64,000 nucleotides of DNA from Catajapyx aquilonaris (lineage: Eukaryota): the NCBI GenBank assembly GCA_000934665.2, contig KZ538498.1:1-64000 (forward strand), in the 5' to 3' direction. Position numbers and translations under genes: made by a program. Below, in pieces: positions 48,127-60,212 of the stretch (the first letter of the stretch is position 1; every line of letters begins with the position of its first letter). The notes under the pieces were generated by a model. That model was given only the letters and a program-made list of their open reading frames with translations, was not told the DNA's origin and did not search any database.

Positions 48127-51100
48127 AGGTCTCCATAATTTACTATCATAGATAGCGTCTAAACATTGTGTTCATGTAATTTCATGCTTCTTCAAGCACA
48201 TATGGTCCGTATCTGTCCCAAAAAAAAAGTTGATATACTGTCGATGTGTTTGTCAGACAGCCTCTTTCATCTAGGCCCAATTTTGAATCAAGGTCCTTTT
48301 TGCAGAACCCACATCGAAATGTGGTCGTTTTTATGTGGTCTTTGTTTTGTACCATGCTCGCGAGTATTGCTTTTGACATGCATACGCATATTGCCCTCTT
48401 CCAAGTTACTAATATCTGGCACTGAACAAGTAGATGTTTGTAAGTACCCCAATTCATGAAATAGCTCGAGCAATGGATAGCAATGAATCTGCAATATACA
48501 CCCATCAGATATTCAGTCATTTGGTGTGGTATACAGTAACTTACTGCAGTCATATTTGGCTAGCAAATCAAATCAAATTTGAGCCGAAGCAAATCCAATA
48601 ATATCAAGTGGAACATGAATAAATCCACAGAAAATCATGCCTCCACCCCACTAAAAATTTAAAAACAAGCAATAAATAGTACAGAGCATGCAGGGCTAGT
48701 TGAAACTAGGATAACTGATCTTTGGGCAACTGCATTACAACCACAACTACAACCCGACCAGCATTGATGAGCCGTTCAAACGTGGCAAACACGTAAATAC
48801 TGAATGATTTTGGGTTTGTTTCATCCGCCGCCATTTTGCGACACATCGCCAAATAATTAGGTGATCCTTTATTAATATAGACCAGGGTTTTATTGCCCGG
48901 GAATGGACGAAATTGTAGTGACATTGCATCGAATGGCGTTACCGTTATTTATGCGCTCATCCTGAATATTTACCATGATTGATTTACAAGTTGACATAAT
49001 TGGATGTACGGGGCATCCAAGCGACAAGTTTTGATAATTTCAGCGACCGGCTTTATGAAACAGGATCCGCAATAATTCAGTATTATTGCAGTCTATGTAA
49101 TTTGGGCTCTCGGGTCCGCCCCCCCAACGTTTTTAAAGCAACGACTGGTTTTATGGCTAACCCTGTCATAATATTTATCGAATTTTTTTTTTGCAACTAT
49201 GTGCATGCGGGGTGGTGTTTGTGCGTGTTTTGGTTGTACCTTTGTTAGCTTTTCACGGGAAAAAACAAATCGGGGCGCAAATTTCATGCGGAGGAATAGA
49301 TGTTGAGGTCAGCAGTGTCATGATGAACAAAGTGGCTGTCAATAATGTCACGCTCCGCCTAATAAAATGCTGCGGGAGGCATTGTTATTGCAAGCTCACT
49401 GTTTTGAATTACATTGCAAAACGTGCCTGGCGGTGTTGTTTTTATGGGACGCCACGGGAAAAATTACAAGTTCGCAGTCGTTCAAAGCAAACATATCTGA
49501 TAATATCTGCATGCTCGTTTTTAGCCATAGTGTGCACCTTGTTTTTTCCCCCCGAGAAATATCTACAGCCGCGTACAGTCATTGGAAATATGTGAGGCTT
49601 TTAACGACCCAGCGGTGTTTGTAAACCAGGACACTGATAAACAAAAAAAATGGGACACTGCTTTAGAATCATAATTTTAAAAAAATATTTCCTGCAAAAT
49701 TGCTATTTACTAATAGCCATTTGACAGTAATGCAGTGCTCATAAGTCATGAATGCAATATTTAAAAAGCCATGCCTTGTTCAATAACATGTTAATATTAA
49801 TATTTTAATGTTTCTTTGCACCACGTATATGCCCGTCTGTAAAATGTGCTAATAACATAGCCTAATATTTTTGGCATGGTTCTTCATACTATAGGAATTT
49901 CCCGCACGAATTTGTGCTACCCAGGTGCTAGCAACTCACACCCAGCAACACACTATGAGTAATTTGAGCTTGTCATTCCATGACAACCTTTGAACCGGCT
50001 GTCATGTCGTTTTTGATTGAGCATAAATCATTTATTTTAAAAGTGTTTGTCCTGTTTCATTACTAAAGCCTGGTTGCACTACCAGGTAAAATCATTAATC
50101 GAAAGCTAAACGGTTTCTATACTTTTGGTTAATTGTTACCAACAAGAGCATCTACTAAATATTTTTGGCTGAGGAGCTACCAAAATTAATTATTTAAGTA
50201 ACTATTCCTTTCGCAAGAAATTGTATGGTGGTGATTAAATTTTTGCTTGCTTTACATTATTCCATATCGTGACGAGGTCATAGCCAGTGCTACAGAGTAC
50301 ACACCTATAATAAAACTAAACATGCATGGTATCTTATATCATCAAAGTCCAAATAACGAAGCGAGAATTGGCTTCTCGCTGTCGCTACGATCGATCATCG
50401 CAAGCTTGTGAACACACCTTTAGCCTCCTGCCTTTGTGCCTTCTCGTTATTCATATCAGAGGACAGTACTGACAGATGATATGGCTCGCAGATTACGTGA
50501 CGAGCCTGTAAGCAAAAGAGGATGTCCTACCCTGACCACAGCCATCACTTTTCTAAAAGGCTGCCTCAACATATGATATTCCATCACCACAATATGGCTG
50601 ATGAAACTTAATATCTTCATCATTATTTACATGGTATTCACAAACTTTGTTCTAATAATGGAAATCCAAAAAAAATGAACTATTGTTCATACCTGCATGG
50701 CGGTGACTGCAGGGCTTAGTAGTTTTCCTTTTGTTTCCAGACTCATGATTTGATCCGCTCGCACTGTGCTAACACAACAACATAATATTTCTCCAACCCT
50801 TACCAAACTTACTGTACATGTTTACCCTAGGTTTTCCAATATTAAGGCACTGACCATGACAACCTGCATGTTTCACCAACTTCTGTGTGGTTACAACACA
50901 GTGGTTTGTTTATTCTACATAAGCTCATATGCAAATCCATTTTTGTTGCATATGATATTCTGACATTTTCAGCACCACTATTTCAAAAGATAGAAACACA
51001 CACCACAACATCTCCCTACCTTGAAGTCGTCGCAGTAACCAAAGGGCACGAAAAGAACACGAAACCAGTGAGGTTTCTTAAACTGCACACCCCACTTGAA

Positions 51101-51800
51101 GGTTCTCGATTTCTCGGCGGAGACTTACCTAGGAGAAAAGAGAGAGATTGAGGATTTGAGTCCCTAATCTCGTTAGGAGAAAACAGCCTCCAAAAAATAG
51201 AAGGAGAGGTTTAAAAAAAATAGAAGGGGGGAAAGGGGGGGTGTCTGGTGCCTGTGTTACCTCAGGCCGAAAGTCGTGCCCACCTTGGGGGGAAAAGTCT
51301 ATTTCAGACCCGCTTCATTTCCCGTCAAAGTCCCAATCCAGCAAAACGAGGCCTGCTCAGCCATGTCGGAGACTCCTGGCACCGGGACGACTCCCGGATT
51401 TTATTGCCCCTGCACCCAGATTACTACACGACCTCCTGCAGATTTTTGCCTCTCCCTGGATTACAGGACCCCAGGCTCTCTAAACATTATTTTCGCATGG
51501 TATGACACCAGGAAGTATGGGTTAGTGGATGACACTCTCAAAATGCTAGACTACAAACTGAAAAAAAAGGTTCGGTACAGTCAGGGTACAGTGGGCGTAA
51601 TTTTTCACATCGTCCACCAGATGGGGCTGAAAGCTGTGAGTTGTGCCATTAGATGGCGTGGATAGGTGTCGGGTGGAGGCTTCATGTTGTGTAGGGCAGT
51701 GATGCAACCGGAGACGAGGCTAGTCCATTGTTAGCAACAATTGGACCACGAACCTGAGGCTCTAGGAAGAGAGTCGCCAACTTCTGACTTCACACGTGGT

Positions 51801-51974
51801 TGGACTGTTTACCTGTTCTATGGAGGTCGCCATCTTGCGTTTCTATGGAAATAGTGGCCGACTCCGATTGGCTGGTGTGGCTGCATCCAATCGGAATTGA
51901 CATGACTTCAGAACTGGCCACTATTTCCACAGAAACGCAAGATGGCGGCCTCCACTGGACACATAAACAGTCCA
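51801..51974. mobile_element. Palindromic MITE (GGACTGTTTA end)
   Basis: TGGACTGTTTA..TGGAGGTCGCCATCTTGCGTTTCTATGGAAATAGTGGCC pairs with GGCCACTATTTCCACAGAAACGCAAGATGGCGGCCTCCA..TAAACAGTCCA. Confidence 0.78.
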
Positions 51975-51988
51975 TAATTACTCTAGCT

Positions 51989-52225
51989 CAGTGGTTTCCA
52001 ACCGGGGGGTCGCGGGCAGGGTCTCGGGGGGTCGCGAGCCTTGGTTCAACGTTTTTTTGTGCAATTTCTGTGTCAATTGAATAATTTTTGCGGCCGTACA
52101 GAGTGTATGTTTTCTGGAAAGAGGGCAGTTGTAGGAGGGGGCAGGGGGAGGGGGGAGGGGGGGGGTCGCACATTTATGGAAACATGTTTAGGGGGTCGCA
52201 GTTGGTTAAAGGTTGGAAACCACTG
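51989..52225. mobile_element. hAT/Charlie-like MITE
   Basis: CAGTGGTTTCCAACC ... GGTTGGAAACCACTG. TSD CTCTAGCT/CTCTAGCC is a Charlie-like NTCTAGNN target; GGGGTCGC subterminal repeats. Confidence 0.88.
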
Positions 52226-53646
52226 CTCTAGCCAATCTGAGACGACGTGATGTCACAAGTTGGCGACTCTCTGACTCGAGGCTCTCTGAGTGACCACTCG
52301 GGCCTGAAAGGTCAGCTATCATAAATATATAATCAGCTAGAATTTTATATGGCGTTATTTTGTGCAGAAGAAGCTGAGTTCATATTTGAGCGTACAAATT
52401 TAAATACAGTTAAAATAGCAAATGAGCGGCTGACTGGCACAAATCATTCTCCATGGTAATACTGTAGTCCATAATGTGAAATATGACACAATATACGTTC
52501 GTAATTTAATAGGAAATCCCATTAGGGACAGAACCCCCAACCCCAAAAATCCACTAAAATTGATAAAATACGCTCAAAATTCCGCTGCAAAAAAATGTCC
52601 ATGCCCCAAAACAAGAAGTGACTGGACACAAATCATAGGCTGCACCGCCTGATCTCAAATTAATCCCGTTCCTCATACCACCCACAAAAAAAAATATCGT
52701 TTCATCCACCTAATAGGAAAAAAAAAGTTAAGTGAGTTAAAATCCCGTTTCAGGCTCTGATCGAATCCATTTTATTCCGTCCAATAAAAATGGACCCCAT
52801 TCTTGTGAGTGAGATGAAGCGAACCTAAGGCCCGAATGCTGGCAGGAGTATGATAAAGTGGGCTTCGCGTGGCGTATTGGAGAACAGGCCAGCCAGAGGT
52901 GGATATCTTAGCCCTCCATATTGTAGGGAGCTTCACAATGCAATAATAATGGGTGGTAATCGATTAGGTGGGGGGGGGGAGGATGGGGAGGAAAAGGCGG
53001 ACATAACGCAGGAGGGGGATGGAAAATATCCTAGGGAAGAAGCAGCACCATTGGGAGTCTGGGGATGGTATCCTGGAACGTGATTCAGCGTTTTTAGAGG
53101 GGGTTGGAATAAACGGTATCAATCAACTCCCACGATGACAAGTCCGGACCGAGTCAAATTTCATTGTTGCTGACTGATTCACCCATGTTGGCTAGGGTCG
53201 GGGACTAACAATTTGCAGGATCATGATCATCTAATGGGCAAAAAAACAATAGTCGTTGATAAATGGGGCGTACACCTTGAATTACCTGCAACAATAATCC
53301 GCAGAAAGGCCCAGGCTGGGTGTAGAGAAAAGGTGGTCATAAATCGCCGCAGGTCGTTATTAATTGCGATGGGATAGAAATCTCCCACAATGAAGCATCC
53401 TCCCCCTCAGTACCATCAATATGAGCCCTCACCCCCTCCTCTCTACTCCGGTTGCCATCATCCCCATTGTTACACCACACCAACCGCTCTGCACTTCCCC
53501 CGCTCGAGCCCGAAAACCACATTTAATCAAGCAACATATGAGGGCTGTACACAAGAATTTTCCGCAGCCATACCCCTTTTTCTGTTTCTAAAGCGAAACA
53601 CATCGATTTTTATATTCGCAATGTTCTACACTGCACAACATACCTA

Positions 53647-54052
53647 CAGGGTGTCCGTGAATTGACCAGTCAGACCTGTACCCGTGGCTAAATTGACACC
53701 AGAGGATCATGTTATGTAGAGAAGTCATTATGTCTGGGCAGCCTCATTACTGAGATAATTGATAATTTGCGATTTAGCGATTGGGCCTAAGAGTGATTGT
53801 CACAGATTGTCACAGATCACATGCGACATGCTAGTAGCCAAATGGAAAAGCTGCTATTTTCACCCGTGATGCGATTTCGGGGCTGAAGGTTTCCATACCT
53901 CCCAGGATACTTTGTGCGCGTACTTGTCATATAAAGGCAATTATCGCAGTAATGAGGCTGCCCAGACATAATGACTCCTCTACATAACATGATCCTCTGG
54001 TGTCAATTGAGCCACGGGTATAGGTCTGACTGGTCAGTTCATGGACACCCTG
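53647..54052. mobile_element. Tc1/mariner-type MITE with ~115-bp TIRs
   Basis: TA|CAGGGTGTCCGTGAATTGACCAGTCAGACC ... GGTCTGACTGGTCAGTTCATGGACACCCTG|TA. Confidence 0.9.
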
Positions 54053-56794
54053 TATACATACTGTCGAGTGATTTCCTACTGAAAATGTGACATATCTTTT
54101 GGTTACGTCCCACAGAGGGCTCTGGAGTGATTACCACCCGGGGGCCATGACACTTTTCATTCCGGCTTGCAACTATTTAAAGGATTCTAGCTGATTATCA
54201 GAGGTCATGGAAGGGAGAATTTAAATTATGGTCTAGTTAGTATTATCTGGGGGCCAGGAGAAGGTACTAAGTTGTTTCTCGCATGACGTAGATGGTGGAG
54301 GCTATCTAACCCCCAAGGCCATCTGCTGGAGACACGCCAAGAAGAGATTACAAACGGTTCCGAGGTGTTGGGACCGAAAGGTACCGGCGCTTTATCAACG
54401 TGCATCATCCAGGTAAGCTTATAATTATCGCTTGCATTGGCGATGTAGAGCGACAGAAGGCCCTATTCTTTAGTGGCAATGACTCCGGAAGACCAATGGG
54501 TCCAATTCGGAAAAGGATTTGAGGCCCTGACGAGTCTCCTGATTCCGGGCCTCTGGGCTTTCTTCGAGGATGTCCGCTCAATTTATCTCACCTTGGCCAA
54601 AGAACTCTCTCCACCTTTGCCCCCATTAGCAAAATGTCTCCTGCTCCCGACCCTGTCTGGAAAATCCCCTTTGAGCAAAGTCGCACCCACGTCTACCGTA
54701 GTTGTCCCCGGACACTCTAGAGACAAACATTCCCGACTGCTTCGAAAGACAAATGAACCTTCCTGCCAGCTGTGGAAGCCAATATTTTTCGCCTCTTTTC
54801 TATGTCTCCGCTCCTTTCCTACCCCAACATGACCCAGTTTGTGCTAATGGCTCACCCTGTAGTGCATTGGATATGCATGCACCCCATTAATGGCAGCGAC
54901 ATAAATTGGTTTTCGCATAATGTGACCGCTGCATAGACTAATGTCGGAATAATTGGATACATGCAACTATCAAGCAGGACAAGCTCGAATGAATTCTGCT
55001 AGCAGCTTGACCTGCGGTCAGGTAACGTAACGTGACCTTTGAAATAAACAAATTCGTGGTACAAGCGTACAAATCATCTCTATTATCTTGCATGTCTCGC
55101 TGCATTTACTGCTCGGAACCAGAAAAAGGAATCTAGGACGATTCCTAGTTATAGATATAAATCACGACCTGCAATAAACTACGACTTTTACTGACATACT
55201 CGACAATTCTGACAATATTGCTTCCATGCGTATATCAAAGATCAATTTGATTCACGCGAACGAATCCGAAAGGCTTCCCTACCGGAATATTCATATTTTA
55301 TGACTCATCCCGTCGGCTGGCCCCTGTGCAGTTACGCACTGATATGAAATTAATGCGTTATAATCAAAGCTTCCCGGAAGAATACGGGCAGATATTCAGC
55401 GAGAAACCTTTTTACTGGCGTGAACAGCGAACTTTTTTTTCAGGGGTCTTTTGGAAACCTAAGTCATAAAAATGGGAAAAAGAGAAGGCAGCGCGAAAGT
55501 TACGATCCCGAACAAAGGTGCCATAGGAAATAAAATATCCCCCCTTTCCATGCCCTTCCCTAATGCAAAGCATGGTGGGGGAAGGAGGGGGGGGGGGCAT
55601 ATATGGAGAGGGAGAAGTATTTTCGCTTACTGCCGAATCACCTGCTCTGAAATCTCCGGGTTATTCCACTCTAAGCTCCAAGCTGTAATACTTAATCTAT
55701 GAAGTGACATTCCCTTTGCCTTCCCTTTTTTGGGGAGGATGGGGAGGGGGAGGGACCAAAAGGATGGCGCTAATGACATTTCCAATATTCCCCGAAAAAG
55801 TGTTCCAGCGGGTGGCTGTCTCAGCAAGCTGTGGCCTATCTTGGATTCTTTACTCCTTATACGTCCCACCACCCATTATGAATATTTTCGAGCGACGTAG
55901 ATAAGCACACTCGCACAGTACAGGCCCTAATCCAAAAGAATTAGCCCACCCTTTCTACCGCTTTCCACCGAACACCAAGCTGCTACGTTTTTAAAGGCCC
56001 AACATGGCCGACTCTCATATGGAAAAAAACGCAGGCAAAATTTTACGAACTGATCAAACACACCTCTATCTGGTTGCCTCTCCGCCATTATACCAGAGGC
56101 ATATAGCAGCGAACCTATCAAGGAGCAGCTCCGGTGAACAAAAGACGAAACTCGGGAGGAACTAGGGGAGGATGGTGGGGAAGGGAAGGAGCCGGGTGGG
56201 GAGAGGCGAAGGAATCGGCTTGGAAGCCAAGTTCCCCCCTAGAATCCTTTGGGGAGCCAGTTACAAATCAATGGCAAGAGGAGTGAATACGGAGAGACTC
56301 GTATCCGTCTGTTTTCGCCCGTTCGCAGGCGCTTTCATTTCCGGGCCCAGGCTCATTGCAGCCTGCCTGTACAAAAGAGGCCTAGGCCTAGAGTCCAGCT
56401 TCTCAGCCAATTCGACCTCGTTCTCTCTCTCTCTCCAGAAGGGAGGATGTTTTTTTTTTTTTCTTTCTTCTTCTTCGCCTTCTTTCCTTCTCCTTCAGGA
56501 CCGAAAATGGGGTCAGCGAACTCAGGCACCCGCTCAATCACCTGCCTTGTTGAACCCAAATAGACCAATTAGGGTCCGGCAGTCACTTCAAGGCGGCTAA
56601 CTGGGGCAGGTCACGTCTAATTGCAGCACCAATTCGGGAGAAATTGGGAGGCAGACTTGGAAACGAGCGAGGGATGGACACTGCAGGAAATGTACATTAC
56701 ACCTATCGTAAGCAATTTTTAAAATATCTATTTGAATTTGAAATACCAGATGATACCTGGCATGAATAATGTTTTCGGTTCACTTTTAAATATA

Positions 56795-57010
56795 GAGGGT
56801 GTTCCAAGTTCGTGGGTCGTTTTTAGTTATCACTAATATTATCCGAAGTAGTTATTTTTGTGTAGCTTGTTGTGCCCCGATCCAGTTGCCCAATTGCTTC
56901 CAGGTGGTCGAATATAGCTGGTTAGGTTAGGGGCGCAACGAGCTACAAAAAATAACAGCTACGATAATATTCCATATAACTAAAACTCCCCACGAACTTG
57001 GAACACCCTC
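56795..57010. mobile_element. Tc1/mariner-type MITE, family A (uninterrupted copy)
   Basis: TA|GAGGGTGTTCCAAGTTCGTGGG ... CCCACGAACTTGGAACACCCTC|TA. Confidence 0.88.
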
Positions 57011-58733
57011 TACTGTAAGACAGAGTTGAAAGTAGTTTTAATAACATTGATAGATATGGTCGTGTGCAACATTTGCTACGGGTACAACATATAGCGGTGA
57101 GTACGTCCGTCACCACATCATAACTGGCACAAAATTCGATAACCAGGCTTTAAACCGCTTTGCCTTCCTGCACCCACACTCATAAATAATCCTTTCCATT
57201 CCACCCCTCTCCTTGAAAACCCTGTGTGTCTTCATTATCTGCCACACTTCCCTTCTTTTGTTTCACCCGCGGCCATTAATAGAAAATTACCAGTACCACT
57301 GTAACAAGCTAATGAGACGATAATGTAATTTTCGCCTACGGTCCGCTCCCCAACTGTCAAATCCATGTGTCGCTTCGGCTTATGCTACATTACGCAGCTG
57401 CAGAGGATGGCGGCCAGGGATCCATGTGTGCCACTGCAGTACCAGCATCGCCTCCAGCTGGTCTTCACTATTTTGCACTCTCTACCCACACTTATACACT
57501 TCTAACTTCCATATAAAAAATGGTCTGCACTTTTTAAAAATATGCTACTCAAAATGAAAAATTATACACGATTATTTCTAATACAATGTTATATTTCCAG
57601 TACTGGCTCAACGTGTATATTAGTTCATTTAAATTCGAGTGGTACCCAGTACGGTGGTTCTGCTGTTCTTTTGATATCCAATTCCGCTTGCCTGCTTTTC
57701 CTTTCGTCTGTTTGCCTTATCTCGTCCTTTTCTCGTCTTCCATTTCTCATCACTTGTGTGAGGAGGGAGATGGGGAAATTTTCTCAAGGGAGACAGTTGG
57801 CAAAGCCTGCTTGTCGACTGAAAGAAGCTCATTGTCATCGGTTAATGGATACCTCGCCTTCTCCGTCCCTTTTTTTGAGGTGTTTTCCCCACTGAGAATT
57901 CAAGTTTGAACTCGTTTAATTGTCACGTCCAGTGCTTCAAGTTAAGTGTCGTTTCCTTGCTCCAGAATGCGTTTCAATTTTCCTCGGGAATGTGGGCATA
58001 ATATTCAATGTACAGTATTATGTATGAAGCATTCGGACACGTATTAACCGGGGCAATAGCATTATCTATGTGAGGTATTTTTGGCATGCAAAAAATCATT
58101 CATAGCGCTGCCGAGGCTAAATCATTCTCTGCACGAAACAGCCATTTTCAAGAACATGTTCTAGCATGTGCAATTGTATGCGAATTGCATAGCGTCCAAT
58201 TTTGTTCAATTCAGTACCTAGTATGGAATTTCCTTAAAAGGACGTGGTTATAGCTAATTGTTTTAATTTGATCCCATCCTTTTAGCCAGCATGATGCATG
58301 CCCCCACCCCCCATCTAGCATACCCGGTTTAGTTCCCCGTTTAATATAAGCTGAGTCCCCCGCAGCGCCATGTCTCTCGTTTCAATCCTGCTGTTTCCAA
58401 CTATCTTGGGGCTGTAGACCTCCGGAAATTGAAGCCGAAATGGCAGTTTATTGGGAGACCTTAAACCGATTCCTGGAGTGTGGTCCCCACATTTAACCTC
58501 CCCCCCTCCCCTCTCTCCTCTTCATCCAACCTCGCCAATTAAGCTCAGGGTAGAAAAAAGGGGAAGAGAGGGGGAAGGCGGGGAAGAGTGATGAGCAATT
58601 CCCCTGGAAATTTTATCCCTAGGACTGGATCCCAAACACCCGGTTCCCGACGGTTGCCCACTTAGGAAATCCTGTGTACACTTGGAGAGAAATTCCAAGT
58701 CCTCAACAAGCTGCTACCCAATCCTCTCTAAAT

Positions 58734-59051
58734 CCGCTCGAATCCTACGTGCCTCCTGCTATTTAGCAAAGAAATCGAGAAGTTAAACAGCTATGCAACA
58801 CACATACTCCTAAACCGGTAGCGGCTATTGTTAACTAATATTAGGTCCATTTGACATGTAGTCCCTGGAAATTTTGTACCATAAGTTAACACCGCTCGAA
58901 TCTTACGTGTCTACTGCTATTTAGCAACGAAATCGAGAAGATGTGCAACACATGCCCATAAACTAATAGCCGCTACTGTCTTAACTAATATTTGAGGGTG
59001 GCTGGTCCATTTGACATGTGGTCCCTGGAAATTTTGTACCATAAGTTAACA
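58734..59051 (+). repeat. Diverged tandem duplication, two ~158-bp units
   Basis: Units start CCGCTCGAATC (58734, 58892) and end GTCCCTGGAAATTTTGTACCATAAGTTAACA. Confidence 0.88.
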
Positions 59052-60001
59052 CTGGTGGCTGCCAATGTACCAAAAGTGGTCTGGCTGCAAACTGGCAGTG
59101 TACTCCGGAGAAAAGAGCTTTTGAAAAATGAGTGTGCGCGCTCCCTGTGTGATCAGGGGCTGTCGGAATTGCCCCCTGCACTTGGTCTACTACATAGAAC
59201 AGAGCCTGCGCCAGATGCACGGTTGCACCAACTAGTAGGGCACCCGGTTTGCTATCCCACCCCCACCTCTCCCTACCCCAACTAAGCTTCCCACTCGCAT
59301 CCAATCGATATCCAAGCTGGAATTGAAACGGGATCCAAAGCCGCTGTAGCCGGCCCTGGCATAGCGGACAATAGAATTCCCAACGTTCCTCTCTCTCCTT
59401 TCGCAGCCAGCCGGAGATAAACGCCTCCCTGGTACCGCCTGGTAACCCTCCTCCGGTAACGTTGCCAGATGGATATATGCACTTGTCATGTTCCAAAACT
59501 CCGCAATATTGCCAGCTCCCCCCGTCCGTTTTGATGCCCGCTTTCAACTCGAACTGGCCGTCTCTTCCGCCATTTAAAAGCTCGCGGTTATTAAACAATT
59601 TTTCAATTCCGGTCTGGCATGTAACGCACAAAAAAGTATGGAACAGGAGTCCCACATTTGAAAACCACGCATGCCAGGCGTTACCACCCACCATTTTTTT
59701 TTTTTTGTCCCTCTGCAGCATCGGAAATTGGAATGCGAACATACATCTGAAACGCAGTCGGTCGCATCGTGGCATTTTGCGTCCAGCCACTGGCATACAG
59801 CAATGCATCGATGGGAATTGATAAAAAATGCGAATGGTTCTCTGGCTGACGATAACGCATCGTTCTAACCGCCAACTAAATTCCGGTTGCTTTGACTGCC
59901 ACTTTCTTTACCTCCCCTGCCGTCTGATTCCTAGCTTTTTTTAAAAAAAATCGCTGGACCACAAAAGATGGCGGAACCCCACCGGATCAGCAAGGAACGT
60001 A

Positions 60002-60212
60002 CTATCATGCTAACAAAGATTGTCGCGAGTTATCCTGGCTTAGATGCAACCCGTTGCACAGATGTGTGTTGCTTATCTGACCCCGTCCCTTAATATCTGC
60101 TTTGCTCTCCGGAGTCTCCTTAGCTGTCTTTGTGGACACACACAATGCACACCTGTGCAGTGGGTTGCATCCAAGCCAGAATAACTCGCGACAATCTTTG
60201 TTTTGGCCATTG
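60002..60212. mobile_element. TA-flanked MITE with ~70-bp arms
   Basis: AACAAAGATTGTCGCGAGTTATCCTGGCTTAGATGCAACCC pairs with GGGTTGCATCCAAGCCAGAATAACTCGCGACAATCTTTGTT; GTAC at both ends. Confidence 0.8.

Larger units (their letters stand above)
51767..52273. mobile_element. Outer TIR element (AGAGAGTCGCCAACTT) hosting two nested MITEs
   Basis: AGAGAGTCGCCAACTTCTGACTTCAC pairs with GTGATGTCACAAGTTGGCGACTCTCTG. 8-bp flanks GCTCTAGG/ACTCGAGG (6/8). Confidence 0.7.

Noticed and set aside
56695..56715. Candidate TMTC2 first exon end (minus-strand TACGATAG|GT)
   Set aside because: It encodes only one Asp rather than the DD motif, has a weak donor and has no upstream hydrophobic coding context.
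58981..59808. 275-aa minus-strand ORF
   Set aside because: No recognisable motifs; it runs through a homopolymer tract and into the tandem repeat, so it is likely a chance ORF.
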